This document shows positions 1 to 12,086 of a stretch of 64,000 nt of DNA, piece after piece. The position numbers were made by a program, and so were the translations under genes. Numbering within the stretch: the first letter of the stretch is position 1; every line of letters starts with the position of its first letter. The DNA comes from Kiritimatiellia bacterium. Lineage in GTDB: Bacteria > Verrucomicrobiota > Kiritimatiellia > RFP12 > UBA1067. The notes beneath the pieces were generated by a model. It saw only the letters and a list, made by a program, of their open reading frames with translations. It had not been told where the DNA came from and made no database searches. The DNA is taken from positions 11,204-75,203 of the forward strand of contig JBJEWA010000110.1 in assembly GCA_051884805.1 (NCBI GenBank). The letters run 5' to 3'.

Positions 1-282
1 CCCTCTGCCCGGCGGGGCGCTCGCCCCTTGACCTCGCTGGTCGAGTGCCGCATCGAGACGGGGCGCACGCACCAGATTCGCGTGCACATGGCCGCGCTCG
101 GCTGCCCGGTCGTCGGCGACAGGACCTACGGCAAGCCGGCGCTGGACAAGCGGCTGTCGCCCGTGCCTGCGCGACAGCTGCTGCACGCCTGGAAACTGCG
201 GCTGTGGCATCCGGTAAAAGGCGTTGAAATGCGCTTCGAGGCTCCGCTTCCGGCCGATTTCCGGGCTTATCTCGCGAATTGA
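1..282 (+). CDS. RluA/RluD-family pseudouridine synthase, C-terminal fragment (5' end outside the window)
   Basis: Frame-1 ORF open to the window edge. It contains GRTHQIRVH followed by GDRTYG, typical of this family. Stop TGA at 280-282. Confidence 0.8.
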   Translation, partial: PSARRGARPLTSLVECRIETGRTHQIRVHMAALGCPVVGDRTYGKPALDKRLSPVPARQLLHAWKLRLWHPVKGVEMRFEAPLPADFRAYLAN

Positions 283-309
283 CGAACAGTCTCCGTTTTT
301 TGATATAAT
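279..309 (+). promoter_or_regulatory. Putative sigma70-type promoter of carB (near-leaderless)
   Basis: TTGACG 279-284, 19-nt spacer, extended -10 TGaTATAAT 301-309. Predicted TSS is near 316, about 5 nt before the carB ATG, with no Shine-Dalgarno. Confidence 0.5.
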
Positions 310-320
310 ACCTGCCCGGT

Positions 321-3518
<3,198 letters not shown>

Positions 3519-3533
<15 letters not shown>

Positions 3534-3688
3534 CCGGCGGCGCGGTCGCGGTCCGGCTTGCGCCGTCCGAGCGGCTTGGCCAGCTGAGTACCCGCAGCGC
3601 CGCCGCCATCGCCTGACCGGCGGGCGGCGCGGTCGCGGCCCGGCTTGCGCCGTCCGAGCGGCTTGGCCAGCTGAGTACCCGCAGCGCC
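3519..3688. repeat. Tandem duplication (83 nt + 87 nt) that includes the last 12 nt and the stop codon of carB
   Basis: Unit 1 is 3519-3601 and unit 2 is 3602-3688. They differ by 1 substitution and a 4-nt indel. Both begin gccgccatcgccTGA and end in cccgcagcgcc. Confidence 0.9.
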
Positions 3689-3758
3689 CTCGCTGCGGGG
3701 CGTGGTAACCGCCAACGGGGGTGCGCCGGGTCCGGCCCCGGCGTGAGGTCACGCCGGG
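3678..3758. repeat. REP-like palindromic elements (type A 3678-3699, type B 3737-3758), opposite orientation to the copies at 30.2-30.6 kb
   Basis: CCCGCAGCG-CCCT-CGCTGCGGG and CCCGGCGTG-aggt-CACGCCGGG. With their flanks, both are reverse complements of elements repeated at 30160-30645. Confidence 0.85.
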
Positions 3759-3903
3759 TACTATGCAGGACGGCTTCCGAGGGAGCCTTCAGGCAAGCGG
3801 TGCGTCAGCCGCAGCGGTAGCGGAGTCCCTTGGCCAACCATCGGGGTGGCTACACCCCGCCGTTCAGTGACCCATTACCGCACGGTAGGCTTTTCCTCCA
3901 GTT

Positions 3904-3938
3904 GGGTAGTTGCAGTCCGGCTTCGGGTTTGGTAGGAT
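3904..3938 (+). promoter_or_regulatory. Conserved GGGTAGTTG-box promoter (leaderless type), copy 1
   Basis: GGGTAGTTG 3904-3912 (TTGCAG 3910-3915) and TAGGAT 3933-3938. The GTG start at 3946 is exactly 42 nt from the first G of the box, as in copies 2-4. Confidence 0.5.
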
Positions 3939-3945
3939 TGAACCC

Positions 3946-6900
3946 GTGAAGACGGAAAAGCTCGCGGTGGCCGCGCTGGCGGCCGGGTATCTGTTCGTGT
4001 CCGCTGCCGACGACCGGGGGCTGCCCGTGTTCGGCGACTCCTTCGACGCGGTCGGCACCTTCGCCGAGAACTGGGTGGCGAAGAACTGTATGCCGACCGG
4101 CGGCGTCGTCCGGATCCAGAACGGCGGCAGAATGCGCATGCGCCGCGCGACGCCGCTCGAGTTCGTCGCCGAGCTGGACGCGACGGTGACGGTCGCGAAG
4201 AGCCAGGAGCGGCGCGGTCAGAACTGGGGCGGCTTCTCCATCGAGGGCTTCCACTTCGAGGTGCAGCCGAGCGGGTACGGCTTCTGCGTGTGGCGCCTGC
4301 CCGAGGATCGGCATTCGAGCGGCAAGTACGCGAAGATTCCCGATTTCACGCCCGGCCGGAGCGTCCGTCTGCGTCTCGTGCGCAAGGCGGTGCCGGGCGG
4401 CGTCAAGTACACCTACCACCTGAACGGCGCTCTGGCGGGCGAGTTCATCTCGCCGGTGCCCAAGCCGGAGAAGGTCGTGAACGGCGTCGAGGAGTATTCC
4501 CCGCTCAGCATCGGCGCAACCTGCGTCGACATCGTCGCCGACAACTTCCTCCTCTCCACCGTACGCCATGACGACGATTCGCCGAACATGGTCTTCAACT
4601 CGGGCTTCGAGCACGGCGAGGACGGCGTGCCGACCTACTACGGGCTCTACGGCGCCTTCAACTACGCCGAGCGTCCCGCCGGCGAATACGAGACGCGCTA
4701 CCTGCAGCGCTTCGCCCAGGACGCGACCGAGCGGCACTCCGGCAAATACTCGCTGCGCGTCGCCGTCAACAACGCGTCTTCGGATCTCGTGATCGCGCCG
4801 TGGCAGACGGGTACGGTGAAGGGGCGTCCTGGCGTCTTCTCCGTCTGGATGAAGGCGTCGACAAACGGGCTGCCGGTCGAGATTGCGTTTTCGTCGAAGG
4901 GGGATGACGGCCGCAAGGTCGTGCAGGTGACGACGGAATGGGCGCGCTACGAGGTGACGCGCATGGAGCTCTCCGGCAAGGGCGTCTACTCGCCGGTGCG
5001 CATTCGGCCGCTCAGACCGCGCCAGCAGGACGCGGTGCTCTGGCTCGACGACCTGCAGGCCGAGATCGTCGCGCTGTCGCCGGAAGGCAAGTTCGATCCG
5101 GCGCAGACGTATGCGACGCCCTATAAGCCGAGCGAACTCGACCGGGACCGCTTAGGCGCGAAGCCCGTGCCCGAGCCGCCCGCGACGCTCGTCGCGAAGA
5201 AGCTCCCGCAGGGCGTGAAGCCGACGGCCGACCTCGATGCGTGGAAGCGGTACGCCTTCGCGGTGACCGACTTCTGGATGGACGCGAAGACGCCGCGGAT
5301 CCCGACTGCGGCCTATCTCGCGTGCGACGACGACCACCTCTATCTCGGCTTCCGCAACTTCCGCGAGAATCCCGCCTCGCTGACGCGCGCCCGCCAGCCG
5401 CACGATGCGATGATCGACCGTTTCGACGGGCTTGAACTCTTCTTCAAGCCGGATCCGGACGCGGGGCACTATCATCTCATGGCGGCGGCGAACGGCGACC
5501 GCTTCGACTGCTTCGCGAACGACATCAAGTGGAACGGCGAGTGGACGACGTCCGCGCGCGAGAACCGGGACAAGGGGGCGGTCGACTACCTCGTCACGAT
5601 TCCCTTCGCCGACTTTGCGCCGAACGGCTGCTCCGGACGCTGGCGCGTGAACCTCTGCCGCAACGACTGGTCGCGGCCGGGCGAGGCGGTGAACGCCTCG
5701 ACGGCGAAGCACCGCAAGGTCAACTACCGGCTGGAGGACCGGTGGCCGTACATCGAGCTTCCCTCCGGCGTCGCGGCGAAGTGGACGGGGAAAGCCGTCC
5801 GCCGCGCCGCGTCCGGTGCGGATGCCGTGCTCGGGCGCCTCGACTTCTACATGAACGAGCCGGAGGCCGCCTGGCGCGTCACCGGCGCGGACGGGCGGGT
5901 TGCCGTCGTGACGAAGCCGCTGGCCGAGATTCCGCTGGGAACGAACGCGGTCGTTTTCACGGCGAACGGCAAGACCTACTCCGACACGGTCGTGAAGCTG
6001 CCCTTCCGGCGGGGCGCGACGCAGGTGAACCGGTGGGTGCGCTGCGTCGTCAAGGACGGCGAGAAGGTGCTGTTCACCGGTCCCGGCATCGGCTCCACCG
6101 GATTCCTCGGTCGGAGGCCGGGCAAGCGGAAGTACGAGACGCTGATGGACATCGTCGCGCTGGGCGGTTTCGGACATTGCCTGGGCAACGTCCAGCCGCA
6201 CGGTCCGCTTGTGGACGAGCTGCGCATGCTGCTGGACGTCGTCCGTTCGCACCACATCCGCTACGCGAACTGGTGCGACTACGGCATGGCGCTCTGGGAG
6301 GGCTATCCGGCCGACCGGAAGCGGGACCCGAGCGCCACGGTGAAGCCCGCCGAGGTGGTGGCGCTGCTGCGTCCCTACGAGGACATCATCGTCACCAACC
6401 TTGCGATCGACGAGCCCGAGCTCTACAACACGAGCGAGTGGACCCGCAGCTGGCTCGAGTACGTAAAGTCGTTCTATCCCTACCTGCCCGTCCAGATGAA
6501 CAACTCCGTGCTGGGCATTCCGAGCCGGTTCGCGGACCTCAAGACCGACATTCTGATGCTCGACGACTACCTGACGAACCAGGAGGGCAGGACGGTTGAG
6601 TCGGTCGTCCGGCAGGTCGACGTGATGCAGGCGGTGCCAGGCGGCAAGCCCTGCTGGTTCTTCATCGTCGCGAACAACCCGACGCTGCATTACCGGCTCC
6701 CGACCTATGCCGAGCAGCTCGCCCAGAGCTGGGGCTGCATCTGCGCCGGCTGTTCGGGGCTCGCGTGGTACTGGGAGCTGCCGGTCGCGGAGGGCAGCTG
6801 GCGGGCGATGAAGCAGGTCAACCGCGAGGCGCAGGCGCTCAAGGAAGTCATCCTCTCCGAGGAGCTCTGCGACGCGGCGAAGGCCGACCAGCCCAAGTCG

Positions 6901-7149
6901 AAGCTCCGCCACCTGACGCGCACCCTGAACGGAGAGTGGTACGTCCTTTCCTGCAACCTCGACGCCGCGCCGCTGTCGGCCTCGTTCGCGTTGCCGGCGG
7001 CCGCGCCGAAGGACGGCACGGTCGAAGTGCTCTTCGAGCACCGGACGCTGCCCTTGAAGGACGGCGCCTTCCGCGACGACTACGCGGGGCACTCGCGTCA
7101 CCTCTACAAGCTCCGGCCGGCGACCGGGGCGGCGGAGCCGGGACGCTAA
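3946..7149 (+). CDS. Secreted multidomain carbohydrate-active protein (LamG/DUF1080-like, CBM4_9-like, CBM9-like, C-terminal TIM-barrel-like region)
   Basis: The ORF track calls 3910-7149. The signal peptide VKTEKLAVAALAAGYLFVSA begins at GTG 3946. CBM9-like stretch: HLYLGFRNF...LELFFKPD...WRVNLCRNDW. Confidence 0.8.
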   Translation: MKTEKLAVAALAAGYLFVSAADDRGLPVFGDSFDAVGTFAENWVAKNCMPTGGVVRIQNGGRMRMRRATPLEFVAELDATVTVAKSQERRGQNWGGFSIEGFHFEVQPSGYGFCVWRLPEDRHSSGKYAKIPDFTPGRSVRLRLVRKAVPGGVKYTYHLNGALAGEFISPVPKPEKVVNGVEEYSPLSIGATCVDIVADNFLLSTVRHDDDSPNMVFNSGFEHGEDGVPTYYGLYGAFNYAERPAGEYETRYLQRFAQDATERHSGKYSLRVAVNNASSDLVIAPWQTGTVKGRPGVFSVWMKASTNGLPVEIAFSSKGDDGRKVVQVTTEWARYEVTRMELSGKGVYSPVRIRPLRPRQQDAVLWLDDLQAEIVALSPEGKFDPAQTYATPYKPSELDRDRLGAKPVPEPPATLVAKKLPQGVKPTADLDAWKRYAFAVTDFWMDAKTPRIPTAAYLACDDDHLYLGFRNFRENPASLTRARQPHDAMIDRFDGLELFFKPDPDAGHYHLMAAANGDRFDCFANDIKWNGEWTTSARENRDKGAVDYLVTIPFADFAPNGCSGRWRVNLCRNDWSRPGEAVNASTAKHRKVNYRLEDRWPYIELPSGVAAKWTGKAVRRAASGADAVLGRLDFYMNEPEAAWRVTGADGRVAVVTKPLAEIPLGTNAVVFTANGKTYSDTVVKLPFRRGATQVNRWVRCVVKDGEKVLFTGPGIGSTGFLGRRPGKRKYETLMDIVALGGFGHCLGNVQPHGPLVDELRMLLDVVRSHHIRYANWCDYGMALWEGYPADRKRDPSATVKPAEVVALLRPYEDIIVTNLAIDEPELYNTSEWTRSWLEYVKSFYPYLPVQMNNSVLGIPSRFADLKTDILMLDDYLTNQEGRTVESVVRQVDVMQAVPGGKPCWFFIVANNPTLHYRLPTYAEQLAQSWGCICAGCSGLAWYWELPVAEGSWRAMKQVNREAQALKEVILSEELCDAAKADQPKSKLRHLTRTLNGEWYVLSCNLDAAPLSASFALPAAAPKDGTVEVLFEHRTLPLKDGAFRDDYAGHSRHLYKLRPATGAAEPGR

Positions 7150-7252
7150 CGCGACCCTAACGTACTTTTATTCCAATCGCAATCCGAATCTGACGGCGGG
7201 CTAACGCAAGCGGTGCATAATAATCGGCGGAATTTCTACTGGGGAACGGAGG

Positions 7253-7282
7253 CTTGCGCTTTCTGCCGGATTATGGGATAAT
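7253..7282 (+). promoter_or_regulatory. Putative promoter of the 7321 gene (leadered, SD-containing mRNA)
   Basis: TTGCGC 7253-7258, 18-nt spacer, TGgGATAAT 7274-7282. GAGGAG at 7306-7311 precedes ATG 7321. Confidence 0.4.
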
Positions 7283-7320
7283 GGCATAGGCGTAGGCGCT
7301 GACACGAGGAGAAGACCGGA

Positions 7321-7800
7321 ATGAAAAAGTTTGGCGCGTTGCTGGTTGCGGCCTTTGCGGCTGTTGCAGGGTTTCCGTATGTGTCGGAAACCCTGCCCAA
7401 TGGCGATACGCTCCTCAAGTTCACCACGGTCGGCGACGAGGTCTGGACGCCGATACGCGATTACGAGCGCGTGACGGTGCTCATTGTCGGCGGCGGTGGC
7501 GGCGGCGGCTACGGTTGCGCGGCCGGTGGTGGCGGCGGCGGCGAGGTCGTCGTCCTTTCCAACCAGACCTGTCTGGCCGGAAAGGAGTATGCGGCGGTGA
7601 ACGGCGACTATACGTTGAGGCGCAGGAGTCCGTGCCGCGACCAGGGCCTCCGGCTCGGCTGGATGACCGAAGCGGCGACCGACCTCGCCGGGAATCCGCG
7701 CGTCCTGAAGGACGGCAAGCCTGCGGTTGACGCGCTCCCCGACCTCGGCTGCTACGAGAACTGCATGGCCGTGCCGGGGGCGTGGCTCCTCCTGCGGTGA
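7321..7800 (+). CDS. Mini-paralog of the glycine-rich / beta-helix surface protein family (signal peptide + Gly-run N-module + conserved C-terminal module only)
   Basis: Signal peptide MKKFGALLVAAFAAVAG. VLIVGGGGGGG matches LLVVGGGGGGG of the next gene. The C-terminus DLAGNPRV...LPDLGCYEN...GAWLLLR matches the end of the 10439-12031 ORF. Confidence 0.75.
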   Translation: MKKFGALLVAAFAAVAGFPYVSETLPNGDTLLKFTTVGDEVWTPIRDYERVTVLIVGGGGGGGYGCAAGGGGGGEVVVLSNQTCLAGKEYAAVNGDYTLRRRSPCRDQGLRLGWMTEAATDLAGNPRVLKDGKPAVDALPDLGCYENCMAVPGAWLLLR

Positions 7801-7865
7801 GCCGGCAGGCCCATTTCGTTGTGTTGCGTCGGCAAGTCATGTACGGAAAACCAAAGACAGTCATC

Positions 7866-10640
7866 ATGATGAAGCGTCTGGCATTGGCGGGGTTGGCGGC
7901 GGCAGGTGCGGCGGTTGCCTGCGCGAACGAAACCAGGGTGCTTGCGAACGGCGAGATCGTCGAGATTTTCGACACGGTCGGGGATTTCGCCTGGACGGCG
8001 CCGTTCGATGCGAACGTCGAACTGCTCGTAGTGGGCGGCGGCGGTGGCGGCGGCTGCGGCGGTGGCGGCGGCGGTGGCGGCGGCGGGCAGGTCTATCACA
8101 CGACGGCCTTTCCCGTGCGGCAGGGCACGACGTATTTCGGCTCGGTCGGCGAAGGCGGCCGGGGCGGAACGAACGGCGGCGCCTCGGTCGGCCGCTGGCA
8201 GGGCGCCAACGGCGAGGATTCGGTCTTCGCCTCCATCACCTGCCCTGGCGGCGGCGGTGGCGGCGGTCATGCCGGGTCCGCCGTCATGACCGGCGTCGCC
8301 GGCGGCAACTCGGGCGGCGCGTCGTCGCCCGGCGGCACGAAGACTTCGCCCGACGCGACCGGCACGGACGATGCGGCAAACGGCTGGTACGGCGGGCACA
8401 AGGGTGGCGATTCCGTTCGTCTGGCTTATGCCGGCGGCGGTGGCGGCGCGATGGGCGAGGGCGGCTATGGCTTTGCGGACGCGGAGGGCCTCAACCATTC
8501 CGGCAACGGCGCCGACGGCTTCGAGTGCGCCATCACCGGCACGGCGGCCTTCTACGGCTGCGGTGGCGGCGGCGGCTGCAACGGCGACATCACCTCGCCC
8601 TATGCGCTGACGATCGCCGGCGGCGATGCGGGCAGCGGCAACGCCTCGGGCGGCGCCGGCGCGAAGGAGCACCGGGCGGCGGGTTCCGCCGCGACGGACG
8701 GCACCGGGTCGGGCGGCGGTGGCGGCGGCTGGCTGATGTCGTCGCCGACGGAAGGCGGCAAGGGCGGCAGCGGCATCGTCGTCATCCGCTATGTCGCGAC
8801 GGGGCCAGTCGTCAGGCTGACGGCCTACGACGGCTTTGCCGACGGGCAGGCGCACAGCGTGGCGGTCGAAGTCCTTTGGCCGGCTTCGGGAGCGCAGGTC
8901 GAGCATTCGACGGACGGCGAGACTTGGGGCGAACGCCCCGCGGCGTTCGCCACCTTCGGCAATCACGCCGGCTGGGTGCGCGTGACGGCGCCGGGAACGG
9001 AACTCGAGCCGTGCGTGCTGACGTATTCGATTCGCATCAAGGACCCGTCCGCCGAAAACGACGGCACCTTCCGCTTCGTGGCGCCCGCAGGCGAGTCGAC
9101 GCCGGAGGCGCCGTATGCGACCTGGGCGACCGCCGCGAACGACCTGGCGACGGCGCTGGCCGCCGCGGACGCCGCCGGCGATACCGTCCTCGTCGCGCCC
9201 GGCACGTATGCGCCGGACGCGGCGCTGCTCGTCCCCGCGGACGACGTCACCATCCGCAGCTGCCGTCCGGCGGACGGCGCGACGGACACGGCGAACACGA
9301 TTCTCGACGGTTCGCGGCTGACCGGCGTCTCGCTGCTCGGGAACGACGCGAAGCTTCGCCCGGTCGTCGCGGGCCTGACCTTCCGGAACTGCGCGACTGG
9401 TGCGGAGAAGGGCGGCGCGATCAACTTCAGCTCGGCCGGCGCCTACCGGATCCGCGACTGCGTCTTCGCGGACAACACCGTGACCGCGTCGGGCGGCGCG
9501 ATCTGCAGCACCAGTTCGAACGGGGGCCTGATCTCCGGCTGCGTGTTCTGCGGCAATTCCGCGACGAACACGGCCAACGACGCGAGCGGTGGCGGTGCGC
9601 TTTTCGCGTCGCAGAGCGCAAGCTCGTCGTCGAACTTCATCACGCTCCAGAACTGCACGTTCTCCAACAACTTCGCCGCCGGCGCCGGGCCGTACGGCGG
9701 CGCCGTCCAGGCCAGGCATTGCATCCGCATCTTCGACTGCCTCTTTGCGACGAACGGCCTGACGGTCCGGGCCAACACCGGACACGGCGGGTCGGCGAAC
9801 GTCGGGCAGTATTCGCTCGTTTCCAACACGACGTTTGTCGGCTGGCACAGCGCCACCTACGGCGTGGTGCTGCGGGTGGGCGAAATGAGCCATGTCGTCG
9901 ACTGCCGTTTCGAGCGCCTGTGGGGGTCGGGGTCCTACGGCGTCGTCCACCTGGGCGCGAAGACGGTCGCCGAGCGCTGCCGCTTCACGGGCTGCGAGCG
10001 CTTTGACATGTTCATGACCGAGGCTTCGGGTTCGGTGGTCCGCAACTGCCTGATGGGCGGCTGCACGGGCGGCAACTTCCTGCGCGCACACGGCAAGGCG
10101 ACGCTGCGCAGCGAGCACTGCACCTTTGCCGGCAACGCCAGCGGCTGCCGGATCTTCAACAATTCGGGCAGCGGCACGACCAACGTCGTCGTCAACTGCA
10201 TTTACGTGGGCAATGGCGGTCCGGGCAATTCCGCGAGCCATACCTGCTTCGTCACCAATTCGGCCGTTTCCCTGGCGCCGGCGGGGACGGCGGACAGCGG
10301 CGTCATCGTGACCACCGATCCCGGATTCCGCTCGGTGGCGCGCCAGGACTACCGGCTGAAGGCCGATTCCGTCGGCGTGGACGCTGGTCTGGCGCTCGAC
10401 TGGTCGGCGCAGGGCCGCGACCTGGTGCACGACGCGCGGTGGACGGGGGCGGCGCCGGACCTCGGCTGCTATGTGAACGCCAGCCCGGCGAGACCGATCC
10501 GTTCTACGGCGTCAGGGTCGTCGCGACGGAGGCCGAGAAGGCGGGCGAATGGGCGGATGCGACGACGGACGTCGCCGCGGCGATCGCGTCCTGCCTCGAC
10601 GGCGAGACGGTGCTCTTCAAGTCCGGGACCTATGCGCTGA
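7866..10640 (+). CDS. Glycine-rich + Pmp-like (GGA[ILV]/FxxN) parallel beta-helix surface protein; the reading frame probably leaves the true frame near 10480
   Basis: Start MMKRLALAGLAAAGAAVA at 7866. Long Gly-rich region ends in GSGIVVIRYV. Beta-helix repeats GGAINFSS, GGAICSTS, FADN, FCGN, FSNN. After PDLGCYV the frame reads Arg-rich nonsense. Confidence 0.7.
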   Translation: MMKRLALAGLAAAGAAVACANETRVLANGEIVEIFDTVGDFAWTAPFDANVELLVVGGGGGGGCGGGGGGGGGGQVYHTTAFPVRQGTTYFGSVGEGGRGGTNGGASVGRWQGANGEDSVFASITCPGGGGGGGHAGSAVMTGVAGGNSGGASSPGGTKTSPDATGTDDAANGWYGGHKGGDSVRLAYAGGGGGAMGEGGYGFADAEGLNHSGNGADGFECAITGTAAFYGCGGGGGCNGDITSPYALTIAGGDAGSGNASGGAGAKEHRAAGSAATDGTGSGGGGGGWLMSSPTEGGKGGSGIVVIRYVATGPVVRLTAYDGFADGQAHSVAVEVLWPASGAQVEHSTDGETWGERPAAFATFGNHAGWVRVTAPGTELEPCVLTYSIRIKDPSAENDGTFRFVAPAGESTPEAPYATWATAANDLATALAAADAAGDTVLVAPGTYAPDAALLVPADDVTIRSCRPADGATDTANTILDGSRLTGVSLLGNDAKLRPVVAGLTFRNCATGAEKGGAINFSSAGAYRIRDCVFADNTVTASGGAICSTSSNGGLISGCVFCGNSATNTANDASGGGALFASQSASSSSNFITLQNCTFSNNFAAGAGPYGGAVQARHCIRIFDCLFATNGLTVRANTGHGGSANVGQYSLVSNTTFVGWHSATYGVVLRVGEMSHVVDCRFERLWGSGSYGVVHLGAKTVAERCRFTGCERFDMFMTEASGSVVRNCLMGGCTGGNFLRAHGKATLRSEHCTFAGNASGCRIFNNSGSGTTNVVVNCIYVGNGGPGNSASHTCFVTNSAVSLAPAGTADSGVIVTTDPGFRSVARQDYRLKADSVGVDAGLALDWSAQGRDLVHDARWTGAAPDLGCYVNASPARPIRSTASGSSRRRPRRRANGRMRRRTSPRRSRPASTARRCSSSPGPMR

Positions 10641-12031
10641 CGGCGCCGCTCGCGCTCGACGACCGCTCGCTGCTGCTGCGGGCGGACGTCCCCGGCGCGG
10701 TCGTCTTCGACGCCCGGGACGCCGGACGTTGCGTGGACGCGACGCTTGCGGGCGGCAACCTCACGCTGACCCTCGACGGGTTCGTCTTCCGGAACGGCTT
10801 CTCGGGGCTTGACTATTCGGACGCCAACCATCAGGCCTGCGGCGGCGGGCTCTATCTCAAGTGCCCGGACCAGACGAGCCGCATCGTCTGCCGGAACTGT
10901 CGCGTCGAGCGCTGCCGCACGGTCTACGACTGGTCGAACGGGCTGTCGCAGAATTATGCCCGCGGCGCCGGCGCGTACGCCTACGGCAGCTGCACCTTCG
11001 AGAACTGCACCTTCGACTCGTGCGTGGCGACGAACGGCATTGGCGGCGGCGTCTGCACCGGCGCCGGCATCACGACGTCGGAACGGGGCTTGGGTCCAGT
11101 CTTCGCGGGCTGCACGATCACCAACTGCCAGTCCGTCGGAATGGGCGGCGTGAGCGGCCCCGGTGCGCATGCCGCGGGCATGCACAACGACAACCACTGC
11201 TGGATCGAGAACTGCGTGTTTGCCGACAACGCCGCGATCGTCACGAACGGTTCGGGCTATGCGGGCGGACTTCAGCTCGGCACCGGCGGGGTGGTCGTCA
11301 ATTCGGCCTTTGTCGGCAACAAGACGGCCCATTACGGCGGCGCCGTCTATCTGCCCGTCGGCGGCATGATCTCGAACTGCACGTTCCGCGGGAACTCGGG
11401 CAACTTCGGTGCCCTTTTCGGCGGCTCCGAGACGACGAAGATCCGCAATTGCGCGTTCGTGGACGAAGGCAGCACGGTCTACTTCACGACCGGGGCCGCT
11501 CCGGAGTTCCGGAACTGTCTCTTTGCCAGCCCGGGTCGCGTGGCGTTGGCCCTGCATCAGAATGCGGGCGTCGCCCTCGCCGAGAACTGCACCTTCGCCG
11601 ACTGCGGCACGGCGGTCTACCTCGGGTCGTCGGATCAGCGGGCCACGCTCGTCAACTGCCTTTTCGCGAACAACGCGGAGGACTTCGCCACGGCCAAGCT
11701 GACGTTTGCGGCGCCTCCCCTTGCGCTGACGAACTGCTTCTTCGCGGCGTATCCTGCGGTCGGCTACACCGCCGAGGGCTGCGTGCTCGGCGCCAACGCG
11801 CGTTTCCGCGCTGCGGCGCGCGGCGACTATTCGCTCCGGCACGGTTCGCGCTGCCGCGACCGGGCGAAGCTCCTGGACTGGATGACGTCCGCCGGCGCGA
11901 TCGACCTCGCGGGCAATCCGCGGGTCGTGACCGAAGCCAAGCCGCTCGCGGAGAATCCCGCCGCCCTGCCCGACATCGGCTGCTACGAGAACCTCGACGT
12001 CGCTCAGGGCTTCCTGCTGCTGGTGCGGTAG
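10439..12031 (+). CDS. Pmp-like beta-helix segment with the family C-terminal tail; no signal peptide of its own, probably a continuation of the upstream ORF across a -1 frame change
   Basis: FYGVRVVATEAEKAGEWADATTDVAAAIASCLDGETVLFKSGTYAL parallels the start of the mid-domain of the upstream ORF. Motifs GGGLYL, GGAVYL, FRNG, FADN, FVGN, FRGN, FANN. Ends LPDIGCYENLDVAQGFLLLVR. Confidence 0.6.
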   Translation: MDGGGAGPRLLCERQPGETDPFYGVRVVATEAEKAGEWADATTDVAAAIASCLDGETVLFKSGTYALTAPLALDDRSLLLRADVPGAVVFDARDAGRCVDATLAGGNLTLTLDGFVFRNGFSGLDYSDANHQACGGGLYLKCPDQTSRIVCRNCRVERCRTVYDWSNGLSQNYARGAGAYAYGSCTFENCTFDSCVATNGIGGGVCTGAGITTSERGLGPVFAGCTITNCQSVGMGGVSGPGAHAAGMHNDNHCWIENCVFADNAAIVTNGSGYAGGLQLGTGGVVVNSAFVGNKTAHYGGAVYLPVGGMISNCTFRGNSGNFGALFGGSETTKIRNCAFVDEGSTVYFTTGAAPEFRNCLFASPGRVALALHQNAGVALAENCTFADCGTAVYLGSSDQRATLVNCLFANNAEDFATAKLTFAAPPLALTNCFFAAYPAVGYTAEGCVLGANARFRAAARGDYSLRHGSRCRDRAKLLDWMTSAGAIDLAGNPRVVTEAKPLAENPAALPDIGCYENLDVAQGFLLLVR

Positions 12032-12044
12032 CCGTCCGCCGCCC

Positions 12045-12080
12045 GGGTAGTTGCCGCGTCGCGAGCCGATTCGGTATAAT
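12045..12080 (+). promoter_or_regulatory. Conserved GGGTAGTTG-box promoter (leaderless type), copy 2
   Basis: GGGTAGTTG 12045-12053 (TTGCCG 12051-12056), 18-nt spacer, TATAAT 12075-12080. ATG 12087 is 7 nt after the last T of the -10, so the predicted TSS falls on the start codon. Confidence 0.6.
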
Positions 12081-12086
12081 ACGGCC

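Noticed and set aside
12051-12086. 12-codon N-terminal extensions in the ORF track (MPRREPIRYNTA, MPRLSPFRYNPG, MSGSGRMRYNGR, MQSGFGFGRIEP at 12051, 17289, 22044 and 3910).
   Set aside because: The apparent start is the TTG inside the conserved GGGTAGTTG box, and RYN is encoded by cggTATAAT, so this is promoter DNA. The internal Met or Val opens a canonical signal peptide in every case.
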